A DNA stretch of 63,776 bases, the filler included, from Chiloscyllium plagiosum (taxonomy: Eukaryota): the NCBI RefSeq assembly GCF_004010195.1. It is 4 parts of one record of this genome, joined end to end, with 100 filler letters (N's around TTAATTAATTAA, not from the genome) between each part and the next. Parts side by side here need not be neighbours in the genome. Positions count along the whole stretch, not along the records: positions 1 to 23,059 come from NC_057716.1; 3 more parts are not named here. The stretch is one strand, 5' to 3'. A model generated the notes under the pieces. That model saw only the letters and a program-made list of their open reading frames with translations, was not told the DNA's origin and made no database searches. The position numbers and the translations under genes were made by a program. How positions within the stretch are numbered: the first letter of the stretch is position 1; each line of letters starts with the position of its first letter. Positions 1 to 12,989 of this stretch are shown here, piece after piece.

Positions 1-199
1 ATAGCACGTGTAGCCTTGAATATTCATTTCCCAGGCCCTGTCCACTTGAAGCCACGTCTCAGTTATCCCCACAATATCGTATCTGCCAATTTCCAAAAGA
101 GCCTCAAGCTCATCCATCTTATGTCTAATGCTTCGTGCATTAATGTATAGTATTTTTAATTTGTTACTGCTCTCACCCTTCCCATCAACCCTTATTTCA

Positions 200-1045
200 C
201 TGTAGACTGAAATCAAAGGTTGATGGGGAGAACTAAATGAGCTACCTTCAAAGAAGAGACGGTTCAGGCACAATTGAGGTCTAATCTCTCAAAGGGAGAG
301 GTAGGAAAAATAAATCCAGAGCTTCCTGAGTAAAGCAGAAAATTGAAATTAAAATAAGTAAGACGTAGGTGACGGGTTACAGGTAGAGTGTACATTGAAA
401 ACCAAGCTGAATACAGAAAGTTCAGATGGAAGGTGACAAAGCAAGTGAGAGCAGCAAAGAGGGCTCACAAACAGTAAAGTAGTGATGAAAGGAGGACTAA
501 GGCCAACTGGAGACCAGAGGGTGGATTTACACATGGAGACAGGGACATGGTTGAGGTATTGAATAAATATTTTACATTTGTCTTTACTAAGAAGGAAATG
601 CTGCCAGATCATGACAGTGGAGGAAATACTAAAGGTTTTAACATTGATAAGGAGGAAGTAATAGATATGCTATTGGTACTTAAAGTTGATATGACACCAG
701 GACCAAATGAGATGAATCCGAGGATCTTGAAAGAAACAAGAGTGGAAATTGCTGGCACTGGCAATAATTTTTAAATCTTTCCTAGACTCAGGAAAAAGAC
801 CAGAAACTACAGACCAATCAGTGGTGAGAAACACCATGAGTTACTTATTTGCAATAGAATTAACAATCACATGTAAAAATGGAGATTAATTATGAACTAT
901 CAGGACAGGTTTCTAAAGGGAAAATCATGTTTAACTTTCTTGGTGGAGTTTCTTGAAGACTTAACAGAGAAAGTTAATGAAGATAATTTTGTTGATTGGT
1001 GTACATGGATTTCAAAAAAGGCATTTGATACAGTGACTCAAAAGT
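200..1045 (+). mobile_element. degenerate CR1-type LINE ORF2 fragment
   Basis: Broken frames give EVLNKYFTFVFTKKE, KVDMTPGPNEMNPRILKE, NYRPIS, KGKSCLT and VYMDF.KAFD, typical of CR1 ORF2; many stops and frameshifts. Boundaries approximate. Confidence 0.8.
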
Positions 1046-1049
1046 AGTG

Positions 1050-1900
1050 GGGTTGTTCGCTGATAATTACACAATGTTTAGCACCATTCATTACTCCTTA
1101 AGAGTCTATGTCCAGATGGAATAAATCCTGAACAATATCCAGGTTTAGGCTAACAAATGGCCAGTAATTTGTATCATGCCAGTGCCAGGCAGCGACTATA
1201 TCCAACAAGAGTGAAATTCAATTGTGCCCCATGAAATTCAATTGTGCTACAATCTCTGAAACCATACTATAAACATTGATTGATAAAAACTGAACTGGAC
1301 TAGCCATATAAATACTATGGCTACAGAAGCAGGTAAGAGGCTAGGAATACTGCAGCGAATAACTCACCTCCTGACTTCCCAAAGCCTGTCCACCATCTAT
1401 AATGCAAAAATTAGAAATGTAATGGAATATGTCATGGATGAGTGCAGTTCCAACAATACTCAAGCTTGACACCATCCAGGATAGAGCAGTCCACTTGATT
1501 GGTATCACATCCCCAAACACTCAGTTCCTCCACCACGAATAGTCAGCAATAGTAATGTGTACCATTTACAAGATGCACTACAGAAATACAATTTTGGTCC
1601 ATTGACAGAATGTTCCACACTCACAACCACTTCCATCTCAAAGTAAAAGGACAACAAAACATGGAAACAACAACTACCGACAAGGTCCCCTCCAAATCAC
1701 TCACCATATTGACTTGGAAGTATGACGCCATTCTTTCAATGCTGCTGAGTCAAAATCCTGGATTTCCACCCCTAATGGCATTGTGGGTCTGCCTACACCA
1801 AATGGTCTATTGCGGTTCAGGAAGGCAGCTCACCAACATCTTTTCAAGAATAACTAGCAATGGGCAATAGATGGTGGCACAGCTAGTGATGCCCAATCCC
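1050..1900 (+). mobile_element. old CR1-clade LINE 3' fragment
   Basis: RT C-terminal remnants (FADNYTMF, KLNWTSHINTMATEAGKRLGILQRITHLL, STIYNAKIRNVMEY) followed by a 3'UTR-like tail; related antisense pieces at ~3760-4170 and ~4520-4680. Confidence 0.65.
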
Positions 1901-1939
1901 ATGAATGAAGAAAAAAAACTGCCACATTTCTGCTGTCTA

Positions 1940-2960
1940 CATCTCTTGATTCCTTGAAAGACCAAAATGATATATTCTCAGCTTTAAACATATTCAATAA
2001 TGGAGCAAACACAGCCTCTTTATAGAAAATTCCAACGATTCACAAACCTTTGAGTAAAGACATTTCTCCTTAGCTCAATCCTAAATGATTGCTACTTATC
2101 CTGCCTCAATGTTTTAGTTTTCCTAGCCAGGGACAACATCACAATGTTTATTCTGTCAAGCCCCTTCAGAACCTTGTACATTTCAATAAAATCATCTCTC
2201 ATTCTTCTAAACTCAAGACAATATAGGCCCAATTTACTCAGCCTCTTACCATCAAACAACCCTTTAATCCCAGGAACTAATCTAGTGAATTGCTGTATCT
2301 TCTCCAAAACAAATACAGCCTTCCTTAAATATGGAGACCAAAACTGCAAACAATATTTCAGCTGTGGTTTCACCAAAGTCCTGTACTATTGAAGAAAGAC
2401 TTCTTTATTCCTATACTCTAATGACCCTGCAATAAAAGCCAACATGCTATTTACCTTCCTAATTGCTCACTTGCCAATGTTTTGTGTTTCTTGTGTGTGT
2501 GTATCTTCTGCATATACATATTTACAAGATTCAAGCCAGTTAAAAATTATTGTCTATTCACTTTACTACCAAACTGAATAATCTCACACTTTGTTACCTT
2601 ATACAATAACTGCCACTTTGTTGCTCACTCATTAAACCTTTTATATGTCTATTTACAGTCTCTTTGGATCCTCTGCACAACTTACATTTCCACCTGCCTT
2701 TGTATCATCAGTAAACTAAAGCACTTTACTACATGTTTGTCTAAGTTATTAATATAGATTGTAAATATCTGAGACCCAACACTAATCCTTGCAACATTCT
2801 ACTAATTACATTCTGCCAGCTTGAAAATGTCCCAATTTCCCCTACTCTTTGCTCACTGTCCATTAACCAATCTTCTATCCATGCTAGAGTATTATTTTCC
2901 CACAATTCCTTGAGTCCTTATATTGTGTATTAATCTTTTATCTGGAATCTTATCAAATCA
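1940..2960 (-). mobile_element. CR1 LINE 3' fragment
   Basis: ORF 2092-2376 reads VKPQLKYCLQFWSPYLRK...RRMRDDFIEMYKVLKGLDR, the conserved CR1 ORF2 C-terminus. Confidence 0.85.
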
Positions 2961-3207
2961 AGCAGCCCTTTTATTAGATGCAACATTCCCCAAGCTGCAT
3001 AGCTGCTCCAGTGTTCTGTGCACAGCCATCAGTGTTGGCTTGCTGATCGCATCCAGTTCCAGACTTGCAGGCCTGTGTAACCAGTAGGAAAATTAGAGGC
3101 AACACTGAGTATAACTGGAGAGTTCCAGCATTTTCACCTGGCAACATTAAGGGAATGGCAAAATATTTCCAAATCAAGTTGGTATGTGACTATGGATGGG
3201 AACTTGG

Positions 3208-3740
3208 AGTCATACAGTCACAGAGGTTTGCAGCATGGAAACAGACCCTTTGGACCAACTCATCCATGTCGACCAGCTCGCCTAAATTTATCCAGTCCCA
3301 TTTGCCAACACTTGGCCCATATCCCTCTAAACCCTTCCAATCCATGTAGCCATCCAGATGCCTTTTAAATGTTGTAATTGTACCAGCCTCCACCATTTCC
3401 TCTGGCAGCTCATTTCATATATGCACCATTCTCTGCTTATAGAAGTTGCCCCTTAAGTCATTTTTAAATCTTTCCCCTCTCACCTTAAACCTGTGCCCTC
3501 TAGTTCTGGACTCCCCCACGCCAGAGAAAAGACCTTGTCTATTTACCTTATCCGTGCCCTCATGATGATATAAACCTCTATAAGGTCACCCCTCCACCTC
3601 CAACACTCCAGGGAAAACACTCCAGACTATTCAGCCTCTCCCTATAGTCAAATCCTCCAACCCTGGCAACATCCTTGTAAATCTTTTCTGAACAAGGATG
3701 TTTCACAACATCTTTCTGATAGGAGAGAGACCAGAATTTG
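3208..3740 (-). mobile_element. CR1 LINE 3' end
   Basis: VEAGTITTFKRHLDGYM motif plus the CR1 3'UTR; the same family recurs at ~16020-16310, 19070-20220 and 57590-59072. Confidence 0.85.
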
Positions 3741-4174
3741 GCGTTCGTATGTTCTTGTTGCTCTTGTTTTAAAGGTCATGGGTTTGGAAGATGATGTTGA
3801 AGGTCCCTTAATGAATCATTGGACTGTAAGATACAAACTGTTGTCACTGTGGTGGAGGGCTAAAAAGATTAAAGCTGTGAATAGCATGCCACTCAAACAG
3901 GCTGCCTTTTCTTGGATGATGTTGTGCTTCTTGATTGTTGTTAGAGCTGCATTTATCCTTGCAAGTGATGAGTACACCTTACTGTGTCTAGTGGACTTGT
4001 TTTGAGATTCAAGACACAATGATTTACTCACTGCAGAGTTCCCAGCCTCTGACCTTCCACTAATTATGTGGCTGGTCCAATTTAGTTATGATCATTGATA
4101 ATTACCAAGACATGGTAGGAGGGACTTTGTAATGATAACACTATTGAATAACAAGTGGCGATGGTAAGATTCTT

Positions 4175-4515
4175 TTTTGTTTATTCATTCAGAGAACAAG
4201 GGCATCACTGGCAAGGCTGCCATTTACTGCCCATGACGGAGGGCAGTGAAGAGTCAACTGTATTGCTGTGAGTCTGGATTCACATGTAGACCAGACCAGG
4301 TAAGGCAGTTTCCATCCTTAAAAGGACATCAGTGAACCAGATGGGTTTTCCTGACAATGGTTTCATGGTCATCATCAGACACTTAATTCCAGATGTTTTA
4401 TTGAATTCAAATTCCACCATCTGCCACGGTGGGAATTTGAACCTGAGTTGCCAGAATATTATGCGATTTTCTGGATTAATAGTTCAGTGATAATACCATT
4501 AGACCATCACCTCCC
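4175..4515 (-). mobile_element. tRNA-derived SINE
   Basis: Minus-strand head with A-box-like TGGTCTAATGG and B-box-like GGTTCAAATTCC; related copies at ~14520-14690, ~29060-29210 (+) and ~29270-29620. Confidence 0.65.
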
Positions 4516-4680
4516 CTCTCTCTTGTGGAAAATGGTGACTGCTCAGCACACATGTGGCACAAGTGTTACTTGCCAATTATCATTGCAATCCCAAATATTA
4601 TGTAGGTCTGCATAATTATCTGCGCTATTACAGATGGAATTAAACACGGAAAACATCAGCAAAGATCACTGCTTTTGATG

Positions 4681-5090
4681 GTCAGCCAAACTCAGTTAGT
4701 AGCACGTCAACTCCCGAATCACAGGGTTCTGAGTTCAGGTCCCACTCCAGGGCTTGAGCATGAAAATCAATACTGAAACTCAGCGGAGTACTGAGGAAGA
4801 ATTGCACAGTTCGAGATGCTGTCTTTCATATGATATGGTAAAGCAAGGTCCTAAAATAATCCTAAATCATTATTTCAAAGAAGCACAGACAGCTATCTTG
4901 GTCCTTAAACAGCATCATTTTTGTTTATCTGATTGCTATCACATTACTGTTTGTCAGAGTTTCCAGGGTATAAATTAATTGCCACATTCCCTGCATAACA
5001 AGTCACTGCACTTGAAAAAAAACTTCATTGGCTGGAAAGCACGTTGAGACCCCTAGTGGACATGAAAAGCACTACATAAATATAAGTTAG
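4681..5090 (+). mobile_element. Deu-domain (SacSINE/AmnSINE-like) SINE, degenerate
   Basis: tRNA-like head (CTCAGTTAGTAGCAC...GAGTTCAGGTCCC), Deu-like core (AGTACTGAGG...GATGCTGTCTTTCA) and an L2-like tail (CTTCATTGGCTGGAAAGCAC...AAAAGCACTACATAAATATAAG). Confidence 0.6.
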
Positions 5091-5789
5091 TTTATGATGG
5101 AGGGGAGCATGGTAATTAAACTTCTTGACATTTGGTAGTTTTGATGTTATCAACCTTCGCTAGGTATTGAGATTGGAATCTTGCTGGTAAGCCAGCATAT
5201 GTTGCTCACCCCCTTATTACTATTTTCTTGATAAATTTTCTCTTAGATAGTCACAAGTATTATCCCCAAGAACAATGGAGGTAATAACAGTGAATATTTT
5301 TAAGGCTGAGTTAGATAGATTCTTGGTTGATGAGGGAGTCAAAAGATATTGGGGGAAGTCAGAAAAGCAGAGGCCATAATCAGCCATGATCTTTTCAAAT
5401 TAGTACAAGCTTGAGAGCTATTCCTCATTCATATCATTGTATATCATCATCTTTCAGAAACTATTGAGTCAATGGTGTCTGAAGATGAGGCAATTCATAT
5501 TTTACAGGTGAACACACAGAATTCCTATTTAAAAAAAAGCCTTACCAGGGTAGCAGCATGTATGACTGAATAATTTGCAACCTCCTTTCAATTCATAACC
5601 TGTGTGAGGCTTTGACAGGTCTGTGCAGAGCCTTATTCATGCCAAATGCCAGAAGCCTTCTCCCTTCTAGATGCCCCCAGAGATTCCAACATGTACATTG
5701 ATCAGGAGGGAGTGAGCTGGATGCGCTGGCACTTCCACAATTACTTTCATGAGAATGGAAACCAAGAGATATTGCAGGAGCTTAAAGCA

Positions 5790-6350
5790 TTGGCTGAAAT
5801 TGGAATGTAATGAGAGCCTCACAGGCCTGTCTGCCACTCTGCTCCATCGTCCTGGCATTTGCATCTAAAGCCTCATTGTGCATTACCTCAAGGTCTTCTG
5901 TCTTTTCATCGTACTCTAAAGTTAAATCGACCTCTTCCAATTTCTCAGCTGGCAATTCCTCACCTCTTCATTGCACAAGGTACAGCAGATCACAAATATC
6001 TGAGAAATACTTGGTGGCATGTCCTGCAGAACTCCATCTGAGCGCTCCAGTCGAACTTCTCCATATTCCAATGTTCGATTTTATTGTTGTCCATGTCGAA
6101 GTATGGAAGGCATTGTGCCTCTTCTCTGCTGTGCTTTGTTGGGTCCACACCAGCATCATTAATCACATCTTCTGAGTCTAGACTCAGGAACCATTTCTGC
6201 AGTTCTACCCTGGGAAGCAAACACCTATGACACCTGAAAATGACTGAGAATGGTCAAGTCTTGAGAGCTTCCTGGTAAGGAAGATGTCTTTACAGTGGTC
6301 ACAAACCACTGCTGGCTGTTTCCAAGGAGCTTTCAATACCACGTGCTTGA
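5790..6350 (-). mobile_element. PIF/Harbinger transposase remnant
   Basis: Minus-strand frames give VVCDH, PGSSQDLTILSHFQV and QSTAEKRHNAFHTSTWTTIKSNIGI, then an acidic tail ending GRQACEALITFQF. This matches the HARBI1/Harbinger DDE C-terminal layout; frameshifted. Confidence 0.75.
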
Positions 6351-7545
6351 TTTGATATTTATTACTGTCATGTACCCAGGTACAGTGAAAACTGTTGTCT
6401 TACGTGCTTAAAAGGCAAATCATACTATCCAAGTGCAACAGGGTAATAGAAGAACGCCAGATACAATGTTACAGCTGAAGAGAAGGTGCAGAGAGAGATC
6501 AACATTAACCTTAAAGAGGTCCTTTCAAAAGTCTAGTACCCACAGAGAAGAAGCTATTCTTGAATCTGTTTGTACATGTACACAAACTTCTATATTTTCT
6601 GCCCAGTGGAATAGGGTGAAAGAAAGAGAGTATAACCGGGCTGGGAGGGGTCTTTGATTATTTCAGTTGCGGCGGAAAGTATAGATGAACTCAACGGATA
6701 GGAGGCTGATTTGCATGATGGACTGGGCTGTGTTCACAACTGTCTGTAGTTTGTTTTGGTCTTGGGAAGAGCAGTTGCTACACCATGCTGTGATGCATTC
6801 AGATAGGATGTGTAATCAACTGTCTCTTATACTTGTGTAAATCCATAGAGGTGAATCCAATAGCTCTGGTTGCCCAATTCACAGGATTTATTGTTGAATA
6901 ATACAAAATCAACAACTCTTTTGAGCATGGCACTGGTAAACTCCCTGATATACCTGTGTGTGACTGGCTGGAGAATCCATACATGTCTTCCAAAACAACC
7001 TGATGGCAGAGAAATTTAAAGTGTTGAATATGATTGCCTCATCCCATTCCATAGGATTGTATGTCTTACTGTAGGAATTAACATAAGTCAGTGACTGATG
7101 GATGTAACATTCTTTGCCATCTTTGACATTGCTTCTTTAACATTTGTGTGTGTGGTATATTTGATTTAGCTTCATTGTTTGGCATCACACTGACCCTATG
7201 ATTGTTAATTTCCTGATCCTCTGCCTGCTGCCTTTGCTGTTCTTCTGGTCATTGCAGCACCTGGCATATGTCATCGTCCTTCCTGAAGACTATGTCGTCC
7301 ATGACGACCAGGTATACCAAACTAAGCTTGCCTGCATTTGGCCCATAAACCTTTCCTATTTATGTATCTTCCAAATTTCTATCAAATGTTATAACTGTAC
7401 CTGCATCTACCATTCCACATATGAACCCCCTCTGTGTGAAAACATTGCCTCTCGGGTCCCTTTTAAATCTTTCTCCTTTCACCTTAAAATGATGCCCTCT
7501 AGTTTTAAATTCACCTACCCTAGGGAAAATACCTTTGCTACTCAC

Positions 7546-7766
7546 TTAAGTTAAAAATCACACAACACCAGGTTATAGTCCAACAGGTTTAATTGGAAGC
7601 ACACTAGCTTTTGCAGCGACGCTCCTTCATCAGGTGACACAATTACCTGATGAAGGAGCGTCGCTCCGAAAGCTAGTGAGCTTCCAATTAAACCTGTTGG
7701 ACTATAACCTGGTATTGTGTGATTATTAACTTTGTACACCACAGTCCAACACCGGCATCTCAGAAG
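7546..7766 (+). mobile_element. Penelope-derived palindromic mini-element (family B) with 13-bp TSD
   Basis: Direct repeat CTTTGCTACTCAC at 7533-7545 and 7767-7779; 80-bp inverted arms at 7556-7635 and 7645-7724. Confidence 0.85.
7644..7678 (+). ncRNA. minimal type I hammerhead ribozyme motif (PLE family B)
   Basis: TAC-CTGATGA-A-GGAGC(GTC)GCTCC-GAAAGCTA-GTG: core, stem II, palindromic AGCT stem III and CUA cleavage triplet. A mutated antisense copy lies at ~7602-7636 and another degraded copy at ~59548-59582. Confidence 0.75.
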
Positions 7767-10263
7767 CTTTGCTACTCACCTTATCTATGCCCCTTATGAT
7801 TTTATAAATTGCCAAAAGGTCACTCCTCAACCTCCTACACTCCAGTGAAAAAGGTCCCAGCTTATCCCAGCCTCTCCTTATAATGGAAAGCTTCCAGTCC
7901 TGGTAATATCCTGGTAAATCTTTTCTTCACATCTCCAATTTAACAATATCCTTTCTATAGAAAGGTGACAAGAACTGTACACAGTACACCAAAAGTGGCC
8001 TCACCAACATCCTGTACAACTTCAACATGACATTCCAACTCCTCCACTCAATGGTCTGAGCAATGAAGGCAAGTATGCTAAACACCTTCTTAACCACCCT
8101 GTTTACCTGTGATGCAACTTTCAAGGAATGATGTACCTGAACACCAGGTCTCTCTGTTCGATAAAACTGCCCAGGGCCCTATTATGCACTATGTATGTCC
8201 TTCCCGGGTTTGCCTTACTAAAATATAACACCTCACATTTATCTAAATTAAACTCCATCTGCCACTTTTTGGCCCATTGGCCCAATTTATCAAGATCCCT
8301 TTGTAAACTTACATAACCTTCTTCTTCACTGTCTACTCTACCACCAATTTTGGTATCATCGGTAAACTTACTAAATTCTGATCCAAATTGTTTATACAAA
8401 TGACAAACAACTGTGGACCCAACACTGATCCCTGTCTGCCTGAAGGAACTGCATAAACGATTTGGCTCTCCTTCCTAACAGTGACTGGATCAATGAGGAG
8501 ACAACTGCTGTACATCGGCTGCAAAAGCCCTGTCACCCCAGAGTTTGCTCCTGACACCACCAACATAACACTCAACGTGTCCCCTTCCCAATCACTAGCT
8601 CTCCTTATTCTGGCCCCTAGCCCTGCCAATTTCCGAGAAGATGTCAGGGTGCTTGGGAAAAGCAAAGCAGGGATTGAAGGTGGAGGGGTTGTCTGTAGAT
8701 CTTTCTAGGTACGGAGATGAATGCTTCTGAACTACTGTGCCAATACGTGAGGATCCTATATCTCCCTCGGACCAAATGCCATTTGAGTACAGCATTGTGA
8801 GGCATAATTGATTCCAGATATCAATTTGGTCATTTAAGGTTCATAAGTCACAAGGAAGACCTGGAATCCTGTTGTCCAAAAGTGAGATTGGATTTAAAGG
8901 AAAACAGGCAAAAAGATCAACCCCTACCCCACTTGCCCAAAGACAGCCAAGATTGATAAAGCAAGGCAATTCAAAAATGATAGATTACACTGTAACTTCC
9001 TTTTCATCTGCTGCTGCAATATCTGAATATCCACCAAACAAAAGTCAATTCTGGGTGCAAAAGGATGAGTTGGGCTCATAATTTGAGACTGCCACTAAAC
9101 TGGGCATATCAACCTAAACCCAATGATTTGCGAACAAAATAATGTTTATTAGGACCAAAGAAAATTCATTAATGATCATTTTAAACAATTTTTGCATCAA
9201 CTATGCTTCAGGCCCCAGTTGGAAACGTTTTCTAGATATTGAAAATCATAACCAAGTAATATGACATGAATTCAGACTGTAATTGAGCTGAAGATAGACA
9301 GTAAGGAGTGTATCTTCAGCTTGTGGCATCAGAAGGAGCATGTGCACATCATGATTATGTCATGTCACTCAACCTCCCCAGTCATGTCACCAATAGATCT
9401 ATGCTGTAGCCAGAAAAGCAAGTTTTCACTGCAGCCTAGAATAAGCATGTAGTTCTCACACATATGCAGCATATGCCTTCATTTCATTGCTGATTGAAAG
9501 TATGGAGCCTATAATATTTAAATGTTTGGGCTTTCCTGACTAAAAAGAGTTTGTAATGAGAAAGGACAGGAAACATAATTGCATTTGATACATAGAGCAT
9601 CTAAAGAAGCATATAATAATACTGGATGAATGATACAGGACAAACCTTATCCTAAGTTTCCATTTGATATTTTTTCTGCTTTATCAGCAAATATGTCTGC
9701 AAAGATGTTCATAGATTCTCAGAATAAAGTCTCAAGTCTGTCCCAAAATGTAGTTGTCCAGCAATGAATTTGACATGCTGTGAAATCAGGTTGTTTCTGA
9801 GCCACAGAAAAGAGTTAATGAACAGTGACATGAATTCAATAACTGATTTCATCACAGCAAGGCAGGAAGACAAAGCAAATCCGGAATTGGCAAGATAGCA
9901 AAAGCTTGAAGAACTTTGCAGAAAAATTCGCAAAAGAATGGAGAAGTCCCTGCTGCATCAATCAGAAGTGATTAAACTACAGGTTACGTTGGATGTTCAG
10001 AGCAAGCATGAGGAGGGAAAAAATAATGCAAGCTCAAACTGGAATGAGACACAACAAATACAAGACAGAAGAAAAGCAACTGCACTGCTATGCACTTAAC
10101 TAGTAGAACAATTATCGACACAGTCGTAGAGTCATAGAGATGTACAGCACGGAAACAGACTCTTTGATCCAACCCGTCCATGCTGACCAGATATCCCAAC
10201 CCAATCTAGTCCAACCTGCCAGCACCCGGTCCATATCCCTCCAAACCCTTCCTATTTATATGG

Positions 10264-10377
10264 TCAGGCAGCATCCAGGGAACAGGAGAATCGACGTTTC
10301 GGGCATAAGCCCTTCTTCAGGAAACGTCGATTCTCCTGTTCCCTGGATGCTGCCTGACCTGCTGCGCTTTTCCAGCA
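10264..10377. mobile_element. Penelope pLTR fragment with inverted repeat and antisense hammerhead motif
   Basis: Arms at ~10264-10298 and ~10321-10356; the minus strand reads CTGAAGAAGGGCTTATGCCCGAAACGTC; the element runs into the gap. Confidence 0.75.
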
Positions 10378-11227
10378 NNNNNNNNNNNNNNNNNNNNNNN
10401 NNNNNNNNNNNNNNNNNNNNNNNNNNNNNNNNNNNNNNNNNNNNNNNNNNNNNNNNNNNNNNNNNNNNNNNNNNNNNNNNNNNNNNNNNNNNNNNNNNNN
10501 NNNNNNNNNNNNNNNNNNNNNNNNNNNNNNNNNNNNNNNNNNNNNNNNNNNNNNNNNNNNNNNNNNNNNNNNNNNNNNNNNNNNNNNNNNNNNNNNNNNN
10601 NNNNNNNNNNNNNNNNNNNNNNNNNNNNNNNNNNNNNNNNNNNNNNNNNNNNNNNNNNNNNNNNNNNNNNNNNNNNNNNNNNNNNNNNNNNNNNNNNNNN
10701 NNNNNNNNNNNNNNNNNNNNNNNNNNNNNNNNNNNNNNNNNNNNNNNNNNNNNNNNNNNNNNNNNNNNNNNNNNNNNNNNNNNNNNNNNNNNNNNNNNNN
10801 NNNNNNNNNNNNNNNNNNNNNNNNNNNNNNNNNNNNNNNNNNNNNNNNNNNNNNNNNNNNNNNNNNNNNNNNNNNNNNNNNNNNNNNNNNNNNNNNNNNN
10901 NNNNNNNNNNNNNNNNNNNNNNNNNNNNNNNNNNNNNNNNNNNNNNNNNNNNNNNNNNNNNNNNNNNNNNNNNNNNNNNNNNNNNNNNNNNNNNNNNNNN
11001 NNNNNNNNNNNNNNNNNNNNNNNNNNNNNNNNNNNNNNNNNNNNNNNNNNNNNNNNNNNNNNNNNNNNNNNNNNNNNNNNNNNNNNNNNNNNNNNNNNNN
11101 NNNNNNNNNNNNNNNNNNNNNNNNNNNNNNNNNNNNNNNNNNNNNNNNNNNNNNNNNNNNNNNNNNNNNNNNNNNNNNNNNNNNNNNNNNNNNNNNNNNN
11201 NNNNNNNNNNNNNNNNNNNNNNNNNNN
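10378..11227. other. assembly gap (850 N)
   Basis: Run of N. Confidence 1.
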
Positions 11228-11765
11228 ATCAATCTTCTTTGTTACTTCTTCAAAAAACTCAATCAAGTTTGTGAGACATGATTTCCCACGCAAAAAGCCA
11301 TGTTGACTATCCCTAATCAGTCCTTGTCTTTCCAAATACGTACATCCTGTCCCTCAGGATTCCCTCCAACAACTTGCCCACCACTGAGGTCAGGCTCACC
11401 GGTCTATAGTTCCCTGGCTTGTCTTTACCGCCCTTCTTAAGAGGAGGGGGAGTGGCATTTTTGATAAGGGATCACATTAAAGCTGTGCTGAGGGAGGATA
11501 TTCCTGGAAATACATCCATGGAAGTTATTTGGGTGGAGCTGAGAAATAAGAAAGGGATGATCACCTTATTGGGATTGTATTATAGACTCCCAAATAGTCA
11601 GAGAGAAATTGAGAAACAAACATGTAAGGAGATCTCAGCTATCTGTAAGAATAATAGGGTGGTTATGGTAGGGGATTTTAACATCGACTGGGACAGCCAT
11701 AGTGTTAAAGGTTTAGATGGAGAGGAATTTCTTACGTGCATACAAGACAATTTTCTGATTCAGAT
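11228..11765. mobile_element. CR1 fragments in opposite orientations (RT piece minus, endonuclease piece plus)
   Basis: Minus 11228-11440: SQHGFLRGKSCLTNLIEFFEEVTKKID. Plus 11440-11765: RGGGVAFLIRD...LGLYYRLPNS...VMVGDFN (AP endonuclease). Confidence 0.85.
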
Positions 11766-11892
11766 TCAGTAAATGGAAATCAAGTGATGATAGTTCACTA
11801 GCCTAACCAATTACTTAGGCTGAGGCTTTCCCATCCCTGCTTCCTTTCCACCACCTCAGGACTTAAATTCTGGGTAGGAGAGCCTATAGTCA

Positions 11893-12030
11893 TCAGGGAT
11901 TCCGGATGAAGGGCTTTTGCCTGAAACTTCGATTTTCCTACTCCTCCGATGCTGCCTGACCTGCTGTGCTTTTCCAGCACCATTCTAATCTAGACTCTGA
12001 TTTCCAGCATCTCAGTCCTCACTTTTGCCA
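11893..12030 (+). mobile_element. Penelope pLTR mini-insertion (family A) with 12-bp TSD
   Basis: AGCCTATAGTCA at 11881-11892 and 12031-12042; carries a mutated hammerhead core CGGATGAAGGGCTTTTGCCTGAAAC. Confidence 0.8.
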
Positions 12031-12989
12031 AGCCTATAGTCACCCTTCCTAACATGCTGCCAGTTAAGGCCCTTCTGATCAACTAATGACCATTTAAGGG
12101 CCTCATTCTGCGACCAGCCCAGTAACTATGTTCCCCTCATGCTAGAAAAGTGTCAGCCTTCCTGACTAGTATAACCATGTGTCCCAAATGCCAGGATTGG
12201 ATGAAGGGTTCACAATCTGTCCCTACCTGAGAGTAATCAGGGCATAGGTAGGGGAAGAGGGGTGGTTACTGAAAGCCATGCCGACTGTCCTTGCCTCTGA
12301 TACTGATTACCCTCGACTCTTTCCCCTGTGATCCCCCCACATTCTTACTTGCATTCCTCCTGTTTCTGGTCCTCAGCACTACTGTGGAGCTAAATGCCTG
12401 GGTCTTTAAAGTAGCAATGCTGTTCACAGTGGCTGATGGCCTCTGATTGGCCAGCAGGTAGGACATCATTGTACCACGAAGCAGGGTAAAGGTAATTTAT
12501 TTTACAAAGACTCTTCTTGAGGTTTTCTCAAGGGCTAATGTTTGATTCACAGGGACTACATTTTGGTTTCAGGGGCTCCCTTTTCATTCTAACTCCTCTA
12601 AGCGGTGTTTTAATCATGTAACATCAATACCGCCTGTATTTGCATACATTTGTGAAGCTATCCAGTTACAGCTCCTCTCCACCTTTTGCAGCCCTTCAAA
12701 ACTCTTTGCAACATCATTTCCAGTTCCAACTGTGCAATCCCTCTCCCCTCTTTTCACACTATCATCCCTTTGCAAACCCTTTCTCCCCTTTGCATCCTGT
12801 CATCCCTTTGCAGCTCCTCTTCCCTACTTATAGCTGTATGTCACCCCCATTGCCTCCCACCCCACTCCCAGAATTTTGACTACCCCCAGCCTAGCAGTCT
12901 TGCTCCATAAACCACAAACTGACAGCCCCATTTCTTCCATCCCTACAGCTTCACATCCCACCTATGGCCACTGGCCTCATTTCCTGTGG

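Larger units (their letters stand above)
7260..8432 (-). mobile_element. CR1 LINE fragment interrupted by a Penelope-derived insertion
   Basis: QGSVLGPQLF, SKFTDDTKIGG, LVRPLLVYCVQF and KTRGHHFKVKGERFKRD motifs. Confidence 0.9.

Noticed and set aside
9709..10100. Charged, coiled-coil-looking plus-strand frame (RQEDKANPELAR*QKLEELCRKIRKRMEK)
   Set aside because: It has an internal stop, no clear splice sites and no family I can recognise; possibly old transposon debris.
10140..11335. Long ORFs of 322-388 aa in the ORF track
   Set aside because: They run through the 850-N gap; the flanks are CR1 and Penelope fragments.
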